64,000 nucleotides of DNA from the human T2T-CHM13v2.0 reference genome, Homo sapiens, in the NCBI RefSeq assembly GCF_009914755.1, contig NC_060927.1; one strand, written 5' to 3'. A program made the translations under genes and the position numbers. Shown here piece after piece: positions 1 to 14,548 of this stretch. How positions within the stretch are numbered: position 1 is the stretch's first letter; every line of letters begins with the position of its first letter. A model generated the notes under the pieces. It was not told the origin of the DNA. It saw only the letters and a program-made list of their open reading frames with translations, and searched no databases.

Positions 1-1028
1 TCTTAGTTTGTTTTTAGGTTTAGTTCTATTATCCATCTTGGAGAAATGTTTGTGTGTGGCATAAAGGCAAGGTCAAGGCTTGCTTTTCCCTCAGTTCATG
101 TCTAGTAGTTTCAGCATCACTTGTTATAAAGATTGTTCCTTCTTCATTGAATCGTTTTGGTGTTTTAACTGAAAATCAGTTGACTGTGTTAAGTGTGGGT
201 CTGCCTATTTCTCTGCTCACTATTCTATTCTGTTGATCAATTTGTCTATCTTTACGCTAAGGCCATACTGTCTTGACTACTCTAGCTTTATATATACTGA
301 ATCTTGATATTAGGTTGTGTAAGTTCTCCAATCTTGTTCTTTTTCAGACTTATTTTTTCTGCTCTAAGTTTTGCATTTTCATATACATTTTAGAATCACC
401 TTGTCAATGACAATTTAAAGGCCTGCTGCTGTGATGATTGAGATTGTGTGGAATATATGAATGAATTTAGTGAGAACTACATCTTAATAAGATTGAATTT
501 TCCCGACCATGATTGTGGTACAGCTTATATTAAAATTCAGGTCTTCTAAAATTTGCTGAGTCTTGAATATTTTATGTTAAATTTTTCCCTAATCTTTTTA
601 TTTTTTTTTGATTTGGTGCTATTGTAAATGGAATGGCTTTCTTTAAAATTGTAATTTTAACTGCATGTGACTATAATATAGAAGTATAATAGATTATAGT
701 AAATTGATTTTGTATCTTTCAACCTTGCTAAACTCATTTATCAGATTTAATAATTACTTTGTAAAATACATGGCCTGCATTTTTTAATAGCAACCACGTT
801 GTCTGTGAATAGTTTTTTCTTTTCAATCTTTCTAACTTATTTTTCTTGCTTTATCACACTAATAAGAAACTTCAGTACACTAATGAATGAATTAGTGAAG
901 GTAAACAGTCTTGCTTTATTTCTAATGTTGGAGAGAATAGGATGGTCATTTGATATTTTTCCAATAAGTATATTTGGCAGGTTAGGAATACCACAAGTGT
1001 ATGTGCAAATGTTCATACACATTTATGT

Positions 1029-1054
1029 ACACACACACACACACACACACACAC
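1029..1054. repeat. (AC)n microsatellite
   Basis: About 13 perfect AC units read directly. Confidence 0.95.
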
Positions 1055-1254
1055 CCCCTTATAGGACGAAGTTATGTTTACTTCATAGTTTACTGAGAGC
1101 TTATATTATGAATGGATGTTGAACATTATCAAATGCTTTTTTTCACTTATTGAGAAAAAACAATATGGATTTTATTCTGTATTCAGTTAATATGGCGAAT
1201 CATATAAATTGATTTTCAAATGTTAAACAAATCTTATGAGGAAAACTAACTTAG

Positions 1255-1595
1255 TTATGTATTATATAACACATAATAATACTATATTATGTTATATTAT
1301 ATGGCATATATTATATATTATACATGAAGATATATATACAAACAATATATATAAAATAATATTTAATATATAAAGAATAAATATTTGAAATTCAGAATAT
1401 ATATCTCAGATATAAAATATATATCTTATTTTGTTTATATCTTGAAAATATTTTATACTATATCTAATGTATATTATAAAAATATATAATACATAAAGAT
1501 ATATATAACGTGTGATATATATCTGAATTATATATTCTTTTATTATGTGTGTGTACTATATTAAATACATATTTATATTATATATATAAATATTT
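1255..1595. repeat. AT-rich low-complexity / degenerate (TA)n
   Basis: Almost entirely A/T with many tatata runs. Confidence 0.85.
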
Positions 1596-3049
1596 CTTAC
1601 GATAAACCATTGGAAACAATATGGGCCTAAGCATTTTGTGCGTGAAAAATTTTGATAAATAAATTCAACATATTTAATAATTTAATGGTTTGTAGATTTT
1701 CTATTTCATTTTCTGCTACTTTTGCTGAATTGCATTACTAAGGAATTTGGCCAATTAATCGAAGTTATTAAAGTTGTTGGCATAAAGCTACTTTTATATT
1801 GAATTATTAGAATTTTAGTGTCTTAGGATCTGTGTTGATAGCCCCTCTTTTAATTCTGATATTGTTAATTTGTGTGTTCTTTTTTATAGTTTAATTCTTC
1901 TGTGGGTTTATAATATTATTCTTTGCAATAAGCAATTATTCCTTTACTAATTCCTTCTATTTTTATACAATTTATTGGTGTTCTTGTCTTTGTTCTTTCT
2001 ACCTATTTTTGGTTAATTTATTTTACTATCTTCTATCATTCAATTCAAATAAAAAATTATCCAAATCCCTACTAGCCAGCAAGATTCCTGCTGAGAAATT
2101 TGCTGATAATATAACAGGCATTCCTATGTATATTATGAGTCATTTTTCTCTTGCTGCTTTCAAGATTATCTGTGACTTTCAACAATATGTCTTGGTGTAG
2201 GTCTTTTTAGATTTATCTTAACTGGAGTTTATTGAGCTTTTTGAATTTTTGTGTTCATTTATTTCCTCAGATTTGGAAATTATTCGCCACTGTTTCTTGA
2301 AGATTCTCTTTCTCTTTCTCTCTTTCATCTCCTTCTAGTACTTCCAAATGTATATTCTTCCACTTAATGATGTTCCATAAATACCCCGTCTCTCTTAATT
2401 TTTATTCATTCTTTTTTTTTCTCCTCTGCCTCAGTGATTTCAAAAGTCCTTATTTTTGAGTTCGATGATTCTTGCTTCAAGTCTCTAATAAATTTTTCAA
2501 TTCAGTTATTGCATTCTTCAGTTTTAGAAGTTCTCTTTGGTTCTTCACAGTTTCTCTTTGTTGATATTCTCATTTTGTTTATGCATATTATTTGTTTACA
2601 AACCACAGCTTCGTGCATATTTTTTTTAACTCTACTCTGATGTGCAAACTGGGGCATTCTCTCAGGCAGAAAGCTGCATCAATAAAAAGTTCACCCAAAA
2701 CATTTCCCTTCTTTCAAGGGTATAATCACCTCCAGTTTATCTATTTTTTGTCACTCTTCAGTGCCTTCAATTATTTTTTCTTAATTTTTTCTAAAGTTTA
2801 TAGTCGTTATCTGCAAGACTAAGATTAGACTGATAGTCTTCTCTATCATTATCAAAACCATATTCCCCTTCCTTCTCATTTTAATGTTATAAAACGAATT
2901 ATGGTTATTTCAGGTACTTCAGATGAAGTATATAGTCTTATGAAATTAAATATAACTAGTATAGGGACTCAGAGACGAACTCCTTGACCATGTAACAATG
3001 AACTTCAATTATTAATGACAATGCGTTAACTGTTGAAGAAGGGTGGGAA

Positions 3050-4250
3050 TGGAGATTACCTGCCTTTCTGACAGGAGGAAACGCATGTACAAAAGCTGTA
3101 GTGGGAGAAATGGTATTCTCAAGGAAATGAAAAAAGGTTGGTGTGACTAGAGCAGAAAGAGTGAAAAAAGAAAAAAGAACAATTGTCTGGACATATTCAT
3201 AGTGGCTCAGACCGTGCAGAGCCTTATACTCTGTGTAAAATAATTTGGTCCTCAGTTTAAGAGTAATAGAGAGCTATGAAAGGATTTTTAAACACAAAAA
3301 GGGCATGATGAAATTACTATTTTGTAAAAATTGTTCTGGCCATACAAAAAAAGAATGGTTATGAAGAGGAACAAGAGTCGAGAAGAAAGACCAAACTGGA
3401 GGCTATTTCACTAATGGTACCAATGAAAGTTGAAATAGCTTAGATTAGCTGATGTTCATGTTTTGAGAGACTGCGCAGATTTAAGAAAACATTAGATAGT
3501 TAAAATGTTAGGACTTGAGATATAATGGTTAGATAGATAAATATGACAAAAGAAAATTGTTTCCTCTCACGTGGAGGTGATCTTTGTATGTTTTCTTTGA
3601 TAATGTTCTCTAAATATATAAAACATTGTCTGCCACTCAGGAGGTCAAATTAATGAATGAAATGATAAATCCTATTTCTGTTGCACAACTGAATAAGTGA
3701 TGTTACATTCCCACCAGGATAAGGAACATTGATGATACTGATAAAACATTGTTTAAGTTGCGGTTTTGTTTTGATTTGGTTGGAAAAATCATTAGTCCAG
3801 TGTTGGATATGTTGAGCTTGGAGTAGGTTTTAAACGTCCAAGTAGACATGTCAAGTTGGCAGCTAATTTTAAGATTCTGGAGTTCAGAGGAATGCTCTGG
3901 ATTCATGTGCATACTGGGAATCATCTTCATTCAGTGCTAACAGAACCCAGGATAAAAATGAGATCACTTAAAAAGTATGCAGTTGGAAGAAAAAGAATGC
4001 TCCAAACTAGGTCATAACTTAATCCACCTTTTACAGGTTAAATAAAGGAAGAAAAAAATTCCAGAAGATTAAGAAAAAAGAAACATAGGAGTAGGAAAAA
4101 ATCCGGGAAAATGTGGTATTCCAAAAACCAAAGAACTAGACATTTTTTTTTCAAAAAGTATTGCTAATTATAAGACAAGTAAACTGAAGACTGCAAAAAT
4201 ATCTATTAGGTTTAGTTGTGTGGAAGTACTGTCAGTATAAGTGAAACCTG
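3050..4250 (-). mobile_element. L2 LINE fragment
   Basis: Antisense L2 hallmarks: ggaggctatt..., gttgagcttggagtagg...cgtccaagtagacatgtcaagttggcagc...ctggagttcagagg. Confidence 0.7.
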
Positions 4251-4310
4251 TTTGTATCTCTTTCCCCAGTTCTTCTGTGTCTCATGGTATTTTATTTTCT
4301 AAAACAGAGT

Positions 4311-4853
4311 TGAGGCTCAGGATGCACCACCTCAAAACATGATTATAGGAGGCCAGAATATGCTACCCCAAAATAAACTTCTTTGGCACATTTTCAGCAT
4401 GTTATTTTGAGGAATTGCAGGCATAGGAGAAACTATGAAAAGCTGGCCTTTTATAAAGGAAATGTACTTCAATAAAGGACATCTATATTAGTAAAAGTAT
4501 CTGTATCAGGAAGAAGCCTGTTCTGAAATAACTGTTATTATCTGAGAGACATTTTATCTGTATATCAAGACAACTGTTATTCACAATACATACCCTCCCC
4601 TTACCTTCCCCCATAACTTGTCTCTACAAACCCCAGAAGCCCCAATCCCCTATTTATTTTTGTAGCTCAACATGCTATATAAGCTTCAATCATCTGGCCT
4701 TTCTTGGAGTCTCATATTTTTGTGGGACTCTCGTGCATATGCATGTCATCGAATATGGTTTTTCTCCTGTTAATCTGTCTCATGTCAATTTAATTTGTAG
4801 CCCAGCCAAAGAACATAGGAGAGTGGAGGAAAGCCAATTTTCCCTCCCCTTCA
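4311..4853 (+). mobile_element. ERV1 solo LTR, MER34/MER39-group
   Basis: Starts TG and ends ...tccctccccttCA; internal ccagaatatgctaccccaaaata and gcccagccaaagaac motifs recalled for this LTR group. Subfamily uncertain. Confidence 0.65.
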
Positions 4854-4967
4854 ATGGAAACATGTTTAAGGATAAACACATGTCAAGTCTTTAAAAAGTT
4901 ATTTAAGTATATATTTTGAATACATTAAAATACTGTTTAAAATTCCTGTTGAAAGGTAGGTACTTTG

Positions 4968-5261
<294 letters not shown>

Positions 5262-5323
5262 GTACTTTAGGCTTTAAAAAATGGTTACTTTCTGGGGTGC
5301 TTTCAAAAACGTCACGAGAGAGA

Positions 5324-5617
5324 GACAGGGCTGGATGGCTCATGCCTGTAATCCCAGCACTTGGGAGGACAGAATGGGAGGATCGCTTGAAGCTTGGAGT
5401 TTGAGATGAGCCTGGCAAACATAGTGAGACCCTGTCTCTACAAAAAACTTAAAAATTAGCTATGTGTGCTGGCTAGTGCCTGTAGTCCTAGCTCTTGGGG
5501 AGGCTGATGCAGGAGGATTGCTTGAGCCCAGGAATTTGAGACTACAGTGAGCTATGATTATACCACCGAACTCCAGTCTGGGCAAAAGAGTGAGACCCTG
5601 TCAAAAAAAAAAAAAAA
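5324..5617 (+). mobile_element. AluJ
   Basis: J-type motifs ggaggatcgcttga, atagtgagaccctgtctcta, ggaggattgcttgagcccagga; poly(A) 5603-5617. Confidence 0.9.
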
Positions 5618-5812
5618 GAGAGAGAAAGAAAGGAAGGAGGGAATAAAGGAAGGAAGGAAGGAGAAAAGAAAAAGGAAGGAAGGGAGGGAGGAAGGAAAGA
5701 AGGAAGGAAGGCAGGAAGGGAAGGAAGGAAGGAAAGAAGAAAGGGAGGGAGGGAGGGAGGAAGGAGAAAAAAGAAAAAAATAAAAGAAAACAGAAAAGAA
5801 AAGGAAAGAAAA
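5618..5812. repeat. GA-rich (GGAA/GAAA)n purine tract extending the Alu tail
   Basis: Near-pure A/G tract read directly. Confidence 0.9.
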
Positions 5813-6339
5813 GGTTTTGAGAGGGACCAGTGCTTCTACTACTTTTTTTCACCGAATACCCACTCTAATGTCATCTCTTTCCAATCTCTACCAAGACGTC
5901 TTTCGCTCATATTGTCAAGCTAATCGAGGCTGGTATATAGAGAGATTAAAAATATTTGCTCAAAATCTATTTTTATGGTTTTCTCAGCTCAAAATCAGCT
6001 GTACTCCATCTCTGGATTAGAATGTGTGTGTACTCTTTTGTGTGTATATTTAATAAAGAAGTTAGTATTTGAAGAAATAGCCAACAATTAAAGAGGCCTA
6101 TTCTCAATGGGCTAGAGATATCTTACAAGGCTATGGTAATCTTAAGATCCTGTGGTGAAAATGTATTATAGAAATATTTTTATTTTACAAATCTGCAGAA
6201 GATGAACTTTTTACTTCAACCTAGTTACTGACAGCTCAAGGAGGCAATTATATATTTATAATTTATATGGCGGTATATAATGAGGAATAAACACCTCTTC
6301 AACTAAGAAAATGCCTTAATAGGATGAAAGAGGATAATA

Positions 6340-6560
6340 TTAATAGCAACTAATATTTATCTTGCTCTTCATAGTTAATAAAGTGCTTTCACAAACATTA
6401 TCTTGCAGATCTTCACAACATCTCTGTGGGGATGTATTACAGGAGTCACTATTATTTTAATTCTCTGCATGAAGAATCTGAGGCTCAGAGCAGTTAAGTG
6501 ACCTGTTTATAGACCAAGAAGGAAGTGGTAAAGACAGGACAAAATATATATCTTCTGAAA
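6340..6560 (-). mobile_element. MIR
   Basis: Reverse-complement MIR core: tcttcacaac...gaagaatctgaggctcagagcagttaagtgacctg. Confidence 0.7.
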
Positions 6561-7261
6561 TTCTATGCTTCTTCTACAATCTCAAATCTCATATCTCCTA
6601 CAATCTCCTATTGCCTCCCTGTGGAGAGCCCACAGAGAGAAGCCAAGAAGTTCTAGGCTGAGAATGATGACAATACTAATCTTATCTACACTGAGTTTAG
6701 GTTTCATGGGGTCTTTCCTATGACAGACTCTCCCTTGTTTCTTCCATTGGCCTAAAGGGTTTGTTGTTGTTGTTGCTATGATGGTGGTGATGATCTAGTC
6801 TGAGAGCTACTGAAGTAGCTTAGGTAGTTACCTGACCAGGTGACTCAGAAAGGAGGGAATGACCCTGTTTCACATAACACTCAAACCTTTGGGCTATTCA
6901 GTAAAGAGTAGCCTCCCTCTCATCTTCCTTCCTCTCCTGAATCTGCCTCTGCTCCTTTGTCTTACTTTCTCTTCAATATAGGAAATTTTAAAAGTAGCTT
7001 TAAAACTAGGACAAGTGGTAGAGCCGTGTTAGGAACTTCTTTGTGGAGCTGTATCAGATGTAATTTCGGTGCAGATTTTTCTAAAATAAATGGAAGGAGG
7101 AACTTTTCTTTGGTTAATGTAATCATGGACTTCAGCACACCAAAAGTGGAAAACAATTTTCAAGAAGAGTGGCCTTGTTAAAGGCTTCAAAGCTCTGTTT
7201 TCAGGTGATATGGGCTAATCTTCTAACTATTGTCTGCAGAAACTCACTAAAAGTACTGTCC

Positions 7262-9300
7262 ATGTGTCTTAACCTTGGTTTTCTTGGGAACCTGAGATGA
7301 ATGTGAAAGATGTATTCTCTACTGCTTTATTAGGGAGAGGGATTCCAGGAAGTAACAATGATGGACAGGGGGAAAATAAAAAACAAGGTGGGAGAGTTAA
7401 TATGAAGATTTATTATCCAGTAGTCTACCACAAGGTTCACTGATTGGTCAGTCCCACGGGACTATCTTCTCAAAAACGGTACAAACTGTGTATCAACACA
7501 GTCTCTTCTGGAGAAAAAGGAAATCGTTTATACTCCAAGTCTCTGCTCCTATTGGGCAAACATTTCCCCTATAAGTTTTTAAATCCCCAACACTTCTCAG
7601 TTGCAGATATGTGGGCCCAAGTGGAAATTCACAGCTTCCATCTTCAGTATGGATAAGGAAGGCCCAACATGGGAGGCAGGAAGAGTACAGTGTGGATGTG
7701 AGACAAGGCACTGTCAAATGATACATGTGTGAAGTTAGCAGCCACATGGCTACAACTGCAACAAGAAGCAGATGGGACCAAAATAATCTAAAATGGTTCA
7801 TAAACGGTACCTGATAGAGCCAACTGTAAACCAAAAATAAAATTCTAAGCCCTCCAACAGACTGAATGGATCCCTCCTCTCAGCCAAGGGCACTCCAAAG
7901 TAAACCTGAAAAACTAGTCCAGGCCATGATGGGAAGGGGGGCCAGATATGCCTCATTCATTATACCCTCTTCCCTTTGGAATTCAGACACAACTGACCAG
8001 CGTTAACATTAAAACAGAGATCTTAAGACTGACAAAACAGACTCTTTGTAGCAATAAGATACCAGATTCCAACCTGGTTCTAGCATAGCATCACATGTTA
8101 GACAGCAGGCCTTGAAAGAAATTGAAGTACCTTATTCCAAAATATATTTCTTTGACATATTTTTTAATGGCCCTAAAAAGCTGGTAGCAGGCTTCATCTA
8201 TATAATAAGAACCTTGGTCTCAACAACCCCTTATCTTAGAATTAGAAAATCTTTGAGTACACCTATGACCTGGAAGCCCCCACTTCAAGTTTTCCCACCT
8301 TCCTGGACTGAACCAGTGTACACCTTACATGTATTGGTTGATATCTGCTTGTAATTTCTGTCCCCTTAAAATGTACAGGATCAAGCTGTAACCCAACCAC
8401 CTTGGATACATCATGTTCTCAGAACATCTTGAAACTGTGCCTCAGGCCTTGATTACTGATATTTGGCCCAGAATAAACCTCTTTACATCTTTTACAGAGT
8501 TTGACTCTTTTTATCAACATCACCCAGTACACCACTCTGATTTCTCATTATTCTATTATATCTGACTGCATGTACCAATATGGAGTCTCATTTTTGTGAG
8601 AACCTGATGCCTTTACTTTTGTCCACTCTGTCTCCAGGTCTCCTTCTAGACATTGGCCACTTAAAGTCACTTAGATGTAAAGAGATTTAAGGTAAGATAG
8701 TTATTGATGTATACTCAAGTCTCTGCTGCGCCATTCAGCATTGAGGCTGTAATTGATACCCATCATCTTCCTTCTCTACTTCTTATTCTAGATCTCCCTT
8801 ATCCTCAGCCAGCAGTTGGCTGGTCTGTGTCACTTGCCTGGTTAGTTCTAAGTTCTTAGTTTTCTTTCTGAGCTGTGGTTGCTGCTAGTGTTCATTGACT
8901 ATTGTCAATGGATCTGAAATGAGTGTGGCAGTTCCAAATACTGTCATCCCTGCCTACATTAAATAGCAGAAAACATCACTCCTCGTGACAATCCAAATCG
9001 ATTGGGTCCTTATTACATAAATTCCTTTCTTTGCTGGCTGATGCATTGTTTTAAGAGCCAAAAGAGCAGGTGGTAGATATAGTTTCAAGTTTATGATAAA
9101 CCTTACTGTGGCCTCTGGAAGAAGTGTTTACTTTTCTGGGAACCAGAAACTCTTAACTTGGCAAAGCCTAAGATTGCAGTGACAAGCTTTACAAATTATG
9201 TAATTGGGGCCAAGAGGAGGAATGGTGAGAGGTGAGGATCTTATTTCCTTCCTTTAGTTCCCAGATGAATATATATATTTCCAGACAGAGCATTATATAT
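7262..9300 (-). mobile_element. Old ERVL-class element (LTR16/LTR33-like 3' LTR plus adjacent internal sequence), split by a MER4 LTR
   Basis: Minus-strand AATAAA (gctttattag at ~7325) in an LTR-like segment; 8520-9300 resembles antisense ERVL internal sequence (ctgggaaccagaaactc...gcctaagattgcag). Family uncertain. Confidence 0.45.
7825..8519 (+). mobile_element. MER4-family (MER4D/E-like) ERV1 solo LTR
   Basis: Canonical start tgtaaaccaaaaataaaattctaagccc; AATAAA at ~8472; ends tcaaca. Clearly homologous to 16881-17733. Confidence 0.88.
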
Positions 9301-12077
9301 TAACCTTTCCTCTGAAAAAAAAAGGGAAGGAAGAGGAGTACATTGTACATTATTTAATTTCCAATTGCATATGTTTTGTGGCTGCTTACTTTTTTTTTTT
9401 TTTTTTTGCATTGAAAATCTGAATCAGTTCAGCTTGGTTTTGGTTTTGGGGTTTTGGGTTTTTTGTTTCTTTGTTTCTTTGTTTTGCCTGATGACTGAAA
9501 AAGAAGGAACATAAGATAATATAGGTTGTGTGTGTGCACACGTGCACACGCACATTTATCTATCTTTCTATCTATTCAAATGCCAAGTCAAAGACTGTGA
9601 GAGTCTCTAAATGTTGGGTATCCAGTTCCTCCTACTCTCATAATTCCAACTTAAAACATCCTGTGCTTCTGGTTTAGTTTCTTTTCCTATCCACACCCCC
9701 ATAGCACTTTGTTGTGATATCATAGTCTAAACTTACAACTTGTCCCTGTTATTTAAGGAATTCCCCACACACATCTGTGCATTTAGCTTAAAACAAGCTG
9801 TGGGGATTTTTGTTGGTGCGTGCTGTGTGGGTTTCCCAAATGGAGTCTTTATTTTCAACACCTACAGCTTGCTCAGTCCATTCTGATGCTGGGATGGTTT
9901 CCTTCTGTGAGTAAATGTCAGTGAAGTGCTCCAGGCAAAGCTATTGCCCTCATGAAGCTTATGAATCTGGTTTGTTCCCGGAATAGACCCCTTATGCCTA
10001 CATGCAAGTAAACATTCAGATCAGGTATATTAGCTAATCCAGCTTTAGGAGATTAAAAGAATTGACTCTTGCTGCTGAAGGCTAAAGGACAAGTTTTGCC
10101 TCACATTATAATGCTTCACCCAAACCAATTATATACACATTTTTTGTGTGTGTATGTACAGGCATATAGTAGGTACAAAAAAATGTGTGTATATAATCTT
10201 ATTCTACAAAAGTTCATGGGATCTACTATGAACCAGGAACTATGCTAGGAGTAAGCAGAAAAATACATAAATGTAAATGAGACATACAAACTTGTGAGGG
10301 TGATAGGACATACCCAATAAACATGATAACCAAAGACACAGTAAGGTAAATAAGAACCAGTGAAGAGTTACGGGTTTCTAATACCATAGCAGATGTAAAA
10401 TCCTTTTAAACTCTGAAGCACTCTAACATGTAAGTTGGAGATGATCAGGCTATCCTTGGGTAACAAGTGGGTCAATATTTGGCTTTGGGGCCATTATCTC
10501 TTTCATTCTATGTTCTTTTTTATTCTGTGTACCTGGGGAGGTAAGGTTTGCTTTCAGGAGTCATCAGAATCTATTTCACTGCCAGTGTTTCATCATACGC
10601 TTTTTGGAGAGTCAATTTCCTTCTGAGGAGAGTAGTTTCACCAGCTAGCATACTGAACGTCAAAGCGTGGTACCTTCCTGTATTCGTACATCCCAGTATT
10701 ATCTTTCTTCTTTGAAATTACACAAAAACATACATATAATTATATATATAATAAAATAAATATAATTAAGCACATATAATAATACATTTTTCTCAAGAGA
10801 ACTCTTTCATGGAAACATAGTAAGAAAAGCAAATTACCTTAGTTGAATCGGAGGAAGTGCCAGAGCCTGCCTTACTCAGCCCTCTTTCTGCTACCCTCAC
10901 TTCTCTGGGTAAACTCTGTGAAGCCATAATCTCGTAACCTGGTTTAAAACAACTCTATTATATAGCTTCTAAAACACTTCAAATTTTGGCATTCGTGAAT
11001 CTGAGACTGATAATGCCCGTGTGACCCTATGTCTTTAGCTGCTCAAGCTTACAATCGATGGTAGAATCAATCTTGTGGCAGAGTTCCCAGCCTCCTAGGC
11101 TCCTCTTCGCGTAATGCTCTACCTACTCCCCTAATTCTCCAGTTTTGGCAACTGAAACCCTGCATATGGCCTGCTTCAGATCTCTGGTGTGGAAATGTAT
11201 GAGATATCAAGTACTTTTAGCCCCTGAGTTTTCCCTGGACTTGGTTGAGCCTTCACCTCTGGCTCCCTGGTCGTGGATACTACGCTGAATTAGAAAATCC
11301 TGCCGGTTTTTCCCTAGTGACCCAGTCTCAACAACTAACTTGCATGACCAGTACATGAGCTGGGACTTCTCTAGCTCTCTGGCAGAAAGTATTTACACTA
11401 AAATCTTTGACAAAGTGTACTTCTCCTAAGAGTGCGGTTTTTTTTTTTTTTTTAACCATAACACGGAAGAAAACCTTAGGTTAATTTCTGACCTGCACAG
11501 CCTCAAACTAAAGCATGCCAGAATTGCAGGAGGATACGAAGAAAACAGAAAATTGCAGTACCTGAAATCTAACAGCTACCACCTTTACTGAGCTGAATGT
11601 ACTAGAATTACCAGGGAACAGCTAGAAAGAAAAAATAATAATAATTCAGGAAAGGAAAAATGTGTGTTTTTGACCCTATTTCTTTTTGATGCAGGCTGTG
11701 TGTGGAAAAGAGCTTGAAAAGAATTTTATCTTGCTCCACCTCGTGGTGGATGCCTGCAACATAATAATTCTTATGCAGTTTCTTCCAAAACAAAAACAAA
11801 AACAGAAACAAAGACAAACAAAAAAAAAATCACTGTGGATCTCTTTGCATGTCTTAAATAAAAATTTTCTGAAATTGAAAATTGAATTGCAATTCTTTTG
11901 CAACTGTATACTTATAGCATAAGAATGGAGACATCTCAGGCATTCAGTACAGCAGAAAACTATATTAGAAATTATAGTTTAAAAATAATTTTTAAGACAT
12001 TCTTGCAGTGAATATCAACAATTTTTTGGTACATGAGGAGCTTCTGCCCCTGTAGGAATAAGTATGTCTGAAACATG

Positions 12078-12158
12078 AAAGAAAGAAAGAAAGAGAAGAT
12101 AAAAGGAAGGAAGGAAAGAAAAGAACAGAAGGAAGGAAGGAAGGAAGGAAGGAAGGAA
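12078..12158. repeat. (GAAA)n/(GGAA)n microsatellite
   Basis: Read directly. Confidence 0.9.
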
Positions 12159-13019
12159 ATTAATTTTTAGAAATAACCAGGGGCTGATTTATGTGCAATA
12201 TGATTTTTTTCAGAGTTCATAAAGGGGAATGTGTGCTCCCCTACTCTCTAATTCCTGACATTTTTAAATGGTTAATACGGGTCTTTTATTTAAATGATGT
12301 TCTTTTTTATTGGCACATGTGGGTCAATTTTCTCCTTTTCTGTTTTACTCAAACCAAAAGCTGCACTCTCGGCAATTTGTCCCTTACAGAAGAGGCTGTT
12401 TCTTGTTACAACAGTACCGTGCTGTGCTTCAGCCATCCATAACACGCCCACTGTATGTAGTCTCATAGGAGGCATTGCAGGTCCAGTGTCTAGCCAGAAA
12501 TGAGAAGCAGAGATTGTTATTTTTTTTTTGAGGTGTGACTCACCCACAACCTTCTCAATTCCAACTAGTTTTGTTTTGTTTTCCTGTAACCTAGTTTTAA
12601 ATATATTTCCAAATCAGAGGCTGCCCTCAAAATGTAACCCTTCACCAACAGAAGCTTGTCTGGGAAGATTCTGCAGAAACTCCTCTCAGATTTGAAAAAA
12701 TAATGGATTGGAAAATCATGTTTTGGCCAGGGTTCAGCAAAGAAAGTTAGGAACTGGCTACCAACATCACAAGAAACAATACTATATATAAAGGTATTGG
12801 TGTATTGAGATAGCTTATATTATTATTCTAGGTAAGGTCATCTAGGGGAATCATATGCCTGCATTTCGGTTCTCTTTTGAGGTACTTACCCTGGGCAATA
12901 GGAAGTATGAGAGGGGTTACAGAGATCCTCTTCCTTGGGCAGGAACACGTTTACAGCCATGATAGACACTCACTGTGAGGAACATCAGGTGGTGTGCGTG
13001 TGTGTGTGTAGGAGAGGTT

Positions 13020-13350
13020 GATACTTGAAATAAACCTCCTGAACCATGCTAAGAAGTCCAAAGTATGATAACAAGTGTGGATTTATCCAGATGACATTGG
13101 AGTAACACTACAGTGTTTTAAGCAGGGAAATTACATGATCACATTTATATTTTATAACTATAGTAAAGCTTCCATGTGTAGAATAAACTGGAGGAAAGCA
13201 TACTGAAAGGATGAAGACCATCTAGAAACATATTCAAAAGTCTAGGCAAATGATGGTGATATGCCTAGCCTAGTAGGATTATGGATATTGAAATTGACTG
13301 TATTCTAGAGATATTGAGGATAGAGAAACAACAAGACTTGGAAATAGCTT
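13020..13350 (-). mobile_element. L2 fragment
   Basis: gtgttttaagcaggga...acatgatcacatttatatttt; gtctaggcaaatgatggtg; antisense L2-like. Confidence 0.55.
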
Positions 13351-13399
13351 GGGTATCTCCATGATGATAAACAATAATTTGGAAAATACGGTCTTGTTT

Positions 13400-13800
13400 T
13401 AAGTCTTACTGTGAACACATGCAGCTATTTGCCTGTGGATTTGTGTTTTTCTGACTGTAGGAGCATATTGGGTCTACACTCAAGGAAAACTAGAAGTGCA
13501 ATAGTTATTGCCCCAGAAACAACCCTCAACAAATAACATAAAGGAAGATGACAGATCAATATTTCACTTTCCTCTCACTCGATAATATACCCATAAACTC
13601 TGTCCCACTAGAGTTCTAGGGTTCCCCAGAAAGATTTAGCTCCAGTTACCAATAGTGGTACATGACTTCATAATGCCCCCTGCGCTAGAATTCTTCCATT
13701 TCCTATTTTACTTCTCCACTTCCTCCCTACTCCCCTACCAGCATTTCTTGGGAAAACTTGAATATTTGTCTTACTGTCTGTTTTGGATAAAAACAAATGA
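13400..13800 (+). mobile_element. LTR16-like ERVL LTR fragment
   Basis: gccccagaaacaaccctcaac...gttccccagaaagatttagctccagttacc motifs. Confidence 0.5.
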
Positions 13801-14158
13801 TGAAAACTTTCACTACAAAGGGATGATATTGGGGTGGAAATGAAGAATTCACATTTGAGAAAGATGAGATCAAGATACTCTATTCAGGTTGTTGTAGTTT
13901 AGCCCTTAGGGTCTTTCTGGTGTCATGTTAGAAGACTGCTTCCAGAAGCCTAGTTTCTGAAGCTTTGAGCTAAGGATTGGCCATCTTTTGCTAATAGTCT
14001 TCTTAGATGTCTGATTTGTTCTTCCATGAGTGGTGAATTTGTTTTTGATTATGTCCCCTCTGTTGAATGAAATTTAATTGTATTATACAAATTGCATTAA
14101 AGAGTATTTCTGGTATCACGTTTAGCTTCTTACTTCATTTAGCTAGGGTAAAATATGG

Positions 14159-14548
14159 TACTATAACCTGAACTGTGTTCCTCAAAATTCATAAATGAAA
14201 GCCTTGACTGCCAATGTGACTGTATTTGGAGACAGGTCCTTTACAGAGGTAATTAAGATTGAGTGAGGTCACAAGGGTGGGGCCCTAATCTGATAGAACT
14301 GGTGTCCTTAGAAAAAGAGGAAGAGACACCAGGGCTGTCTCTTTTTCTTAGTTCTGACAAAGGGAAAAGGCCTCGTGAGAACACAGCAAGAAGTCTGCTA
14401 GCCACAAGCTAGGAAGAGTTCCCTTACCAGGAACAGAATCAGCTGGAGTCTTGACTGGGATGTCCACCCTTCAGAACAGTGAGAAAATAAAGTTCATATT
14501 AAGCCACCCAGTCTGTGGTGTTTTGTTATGGTACCTTGAGCTAATACA
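14159..14548 (+). mobile_element. MLT1A-type MaLR solo LTR
   Basis: gtgactgtatttggagacaggtcctttacagaggtaattaag, ggggccctaatc, aagccacccagtctgtgg, ends ctaataca; exact 5-bp TSD tatgg (14154-14158 / 14549-14553). Confidence 0.9.

Larger units (their letters stand above)
1..2820 (-). mobile_element. Old L1 (L1M-type) fragments, antisense; ORF2-like 1-~1250 and ~1600-2000, ORF1-like ~2050-2600
   Basis: T-rich antisense L1-like motifs (ccatactgtcttgactactctagcttta; cttgctaaactcattta; tgctgagaaatttgctgat...ttttctcttgctgctttcaagatt), interrupted by (AC)n and an AT-rich block. Confidence 0.7.
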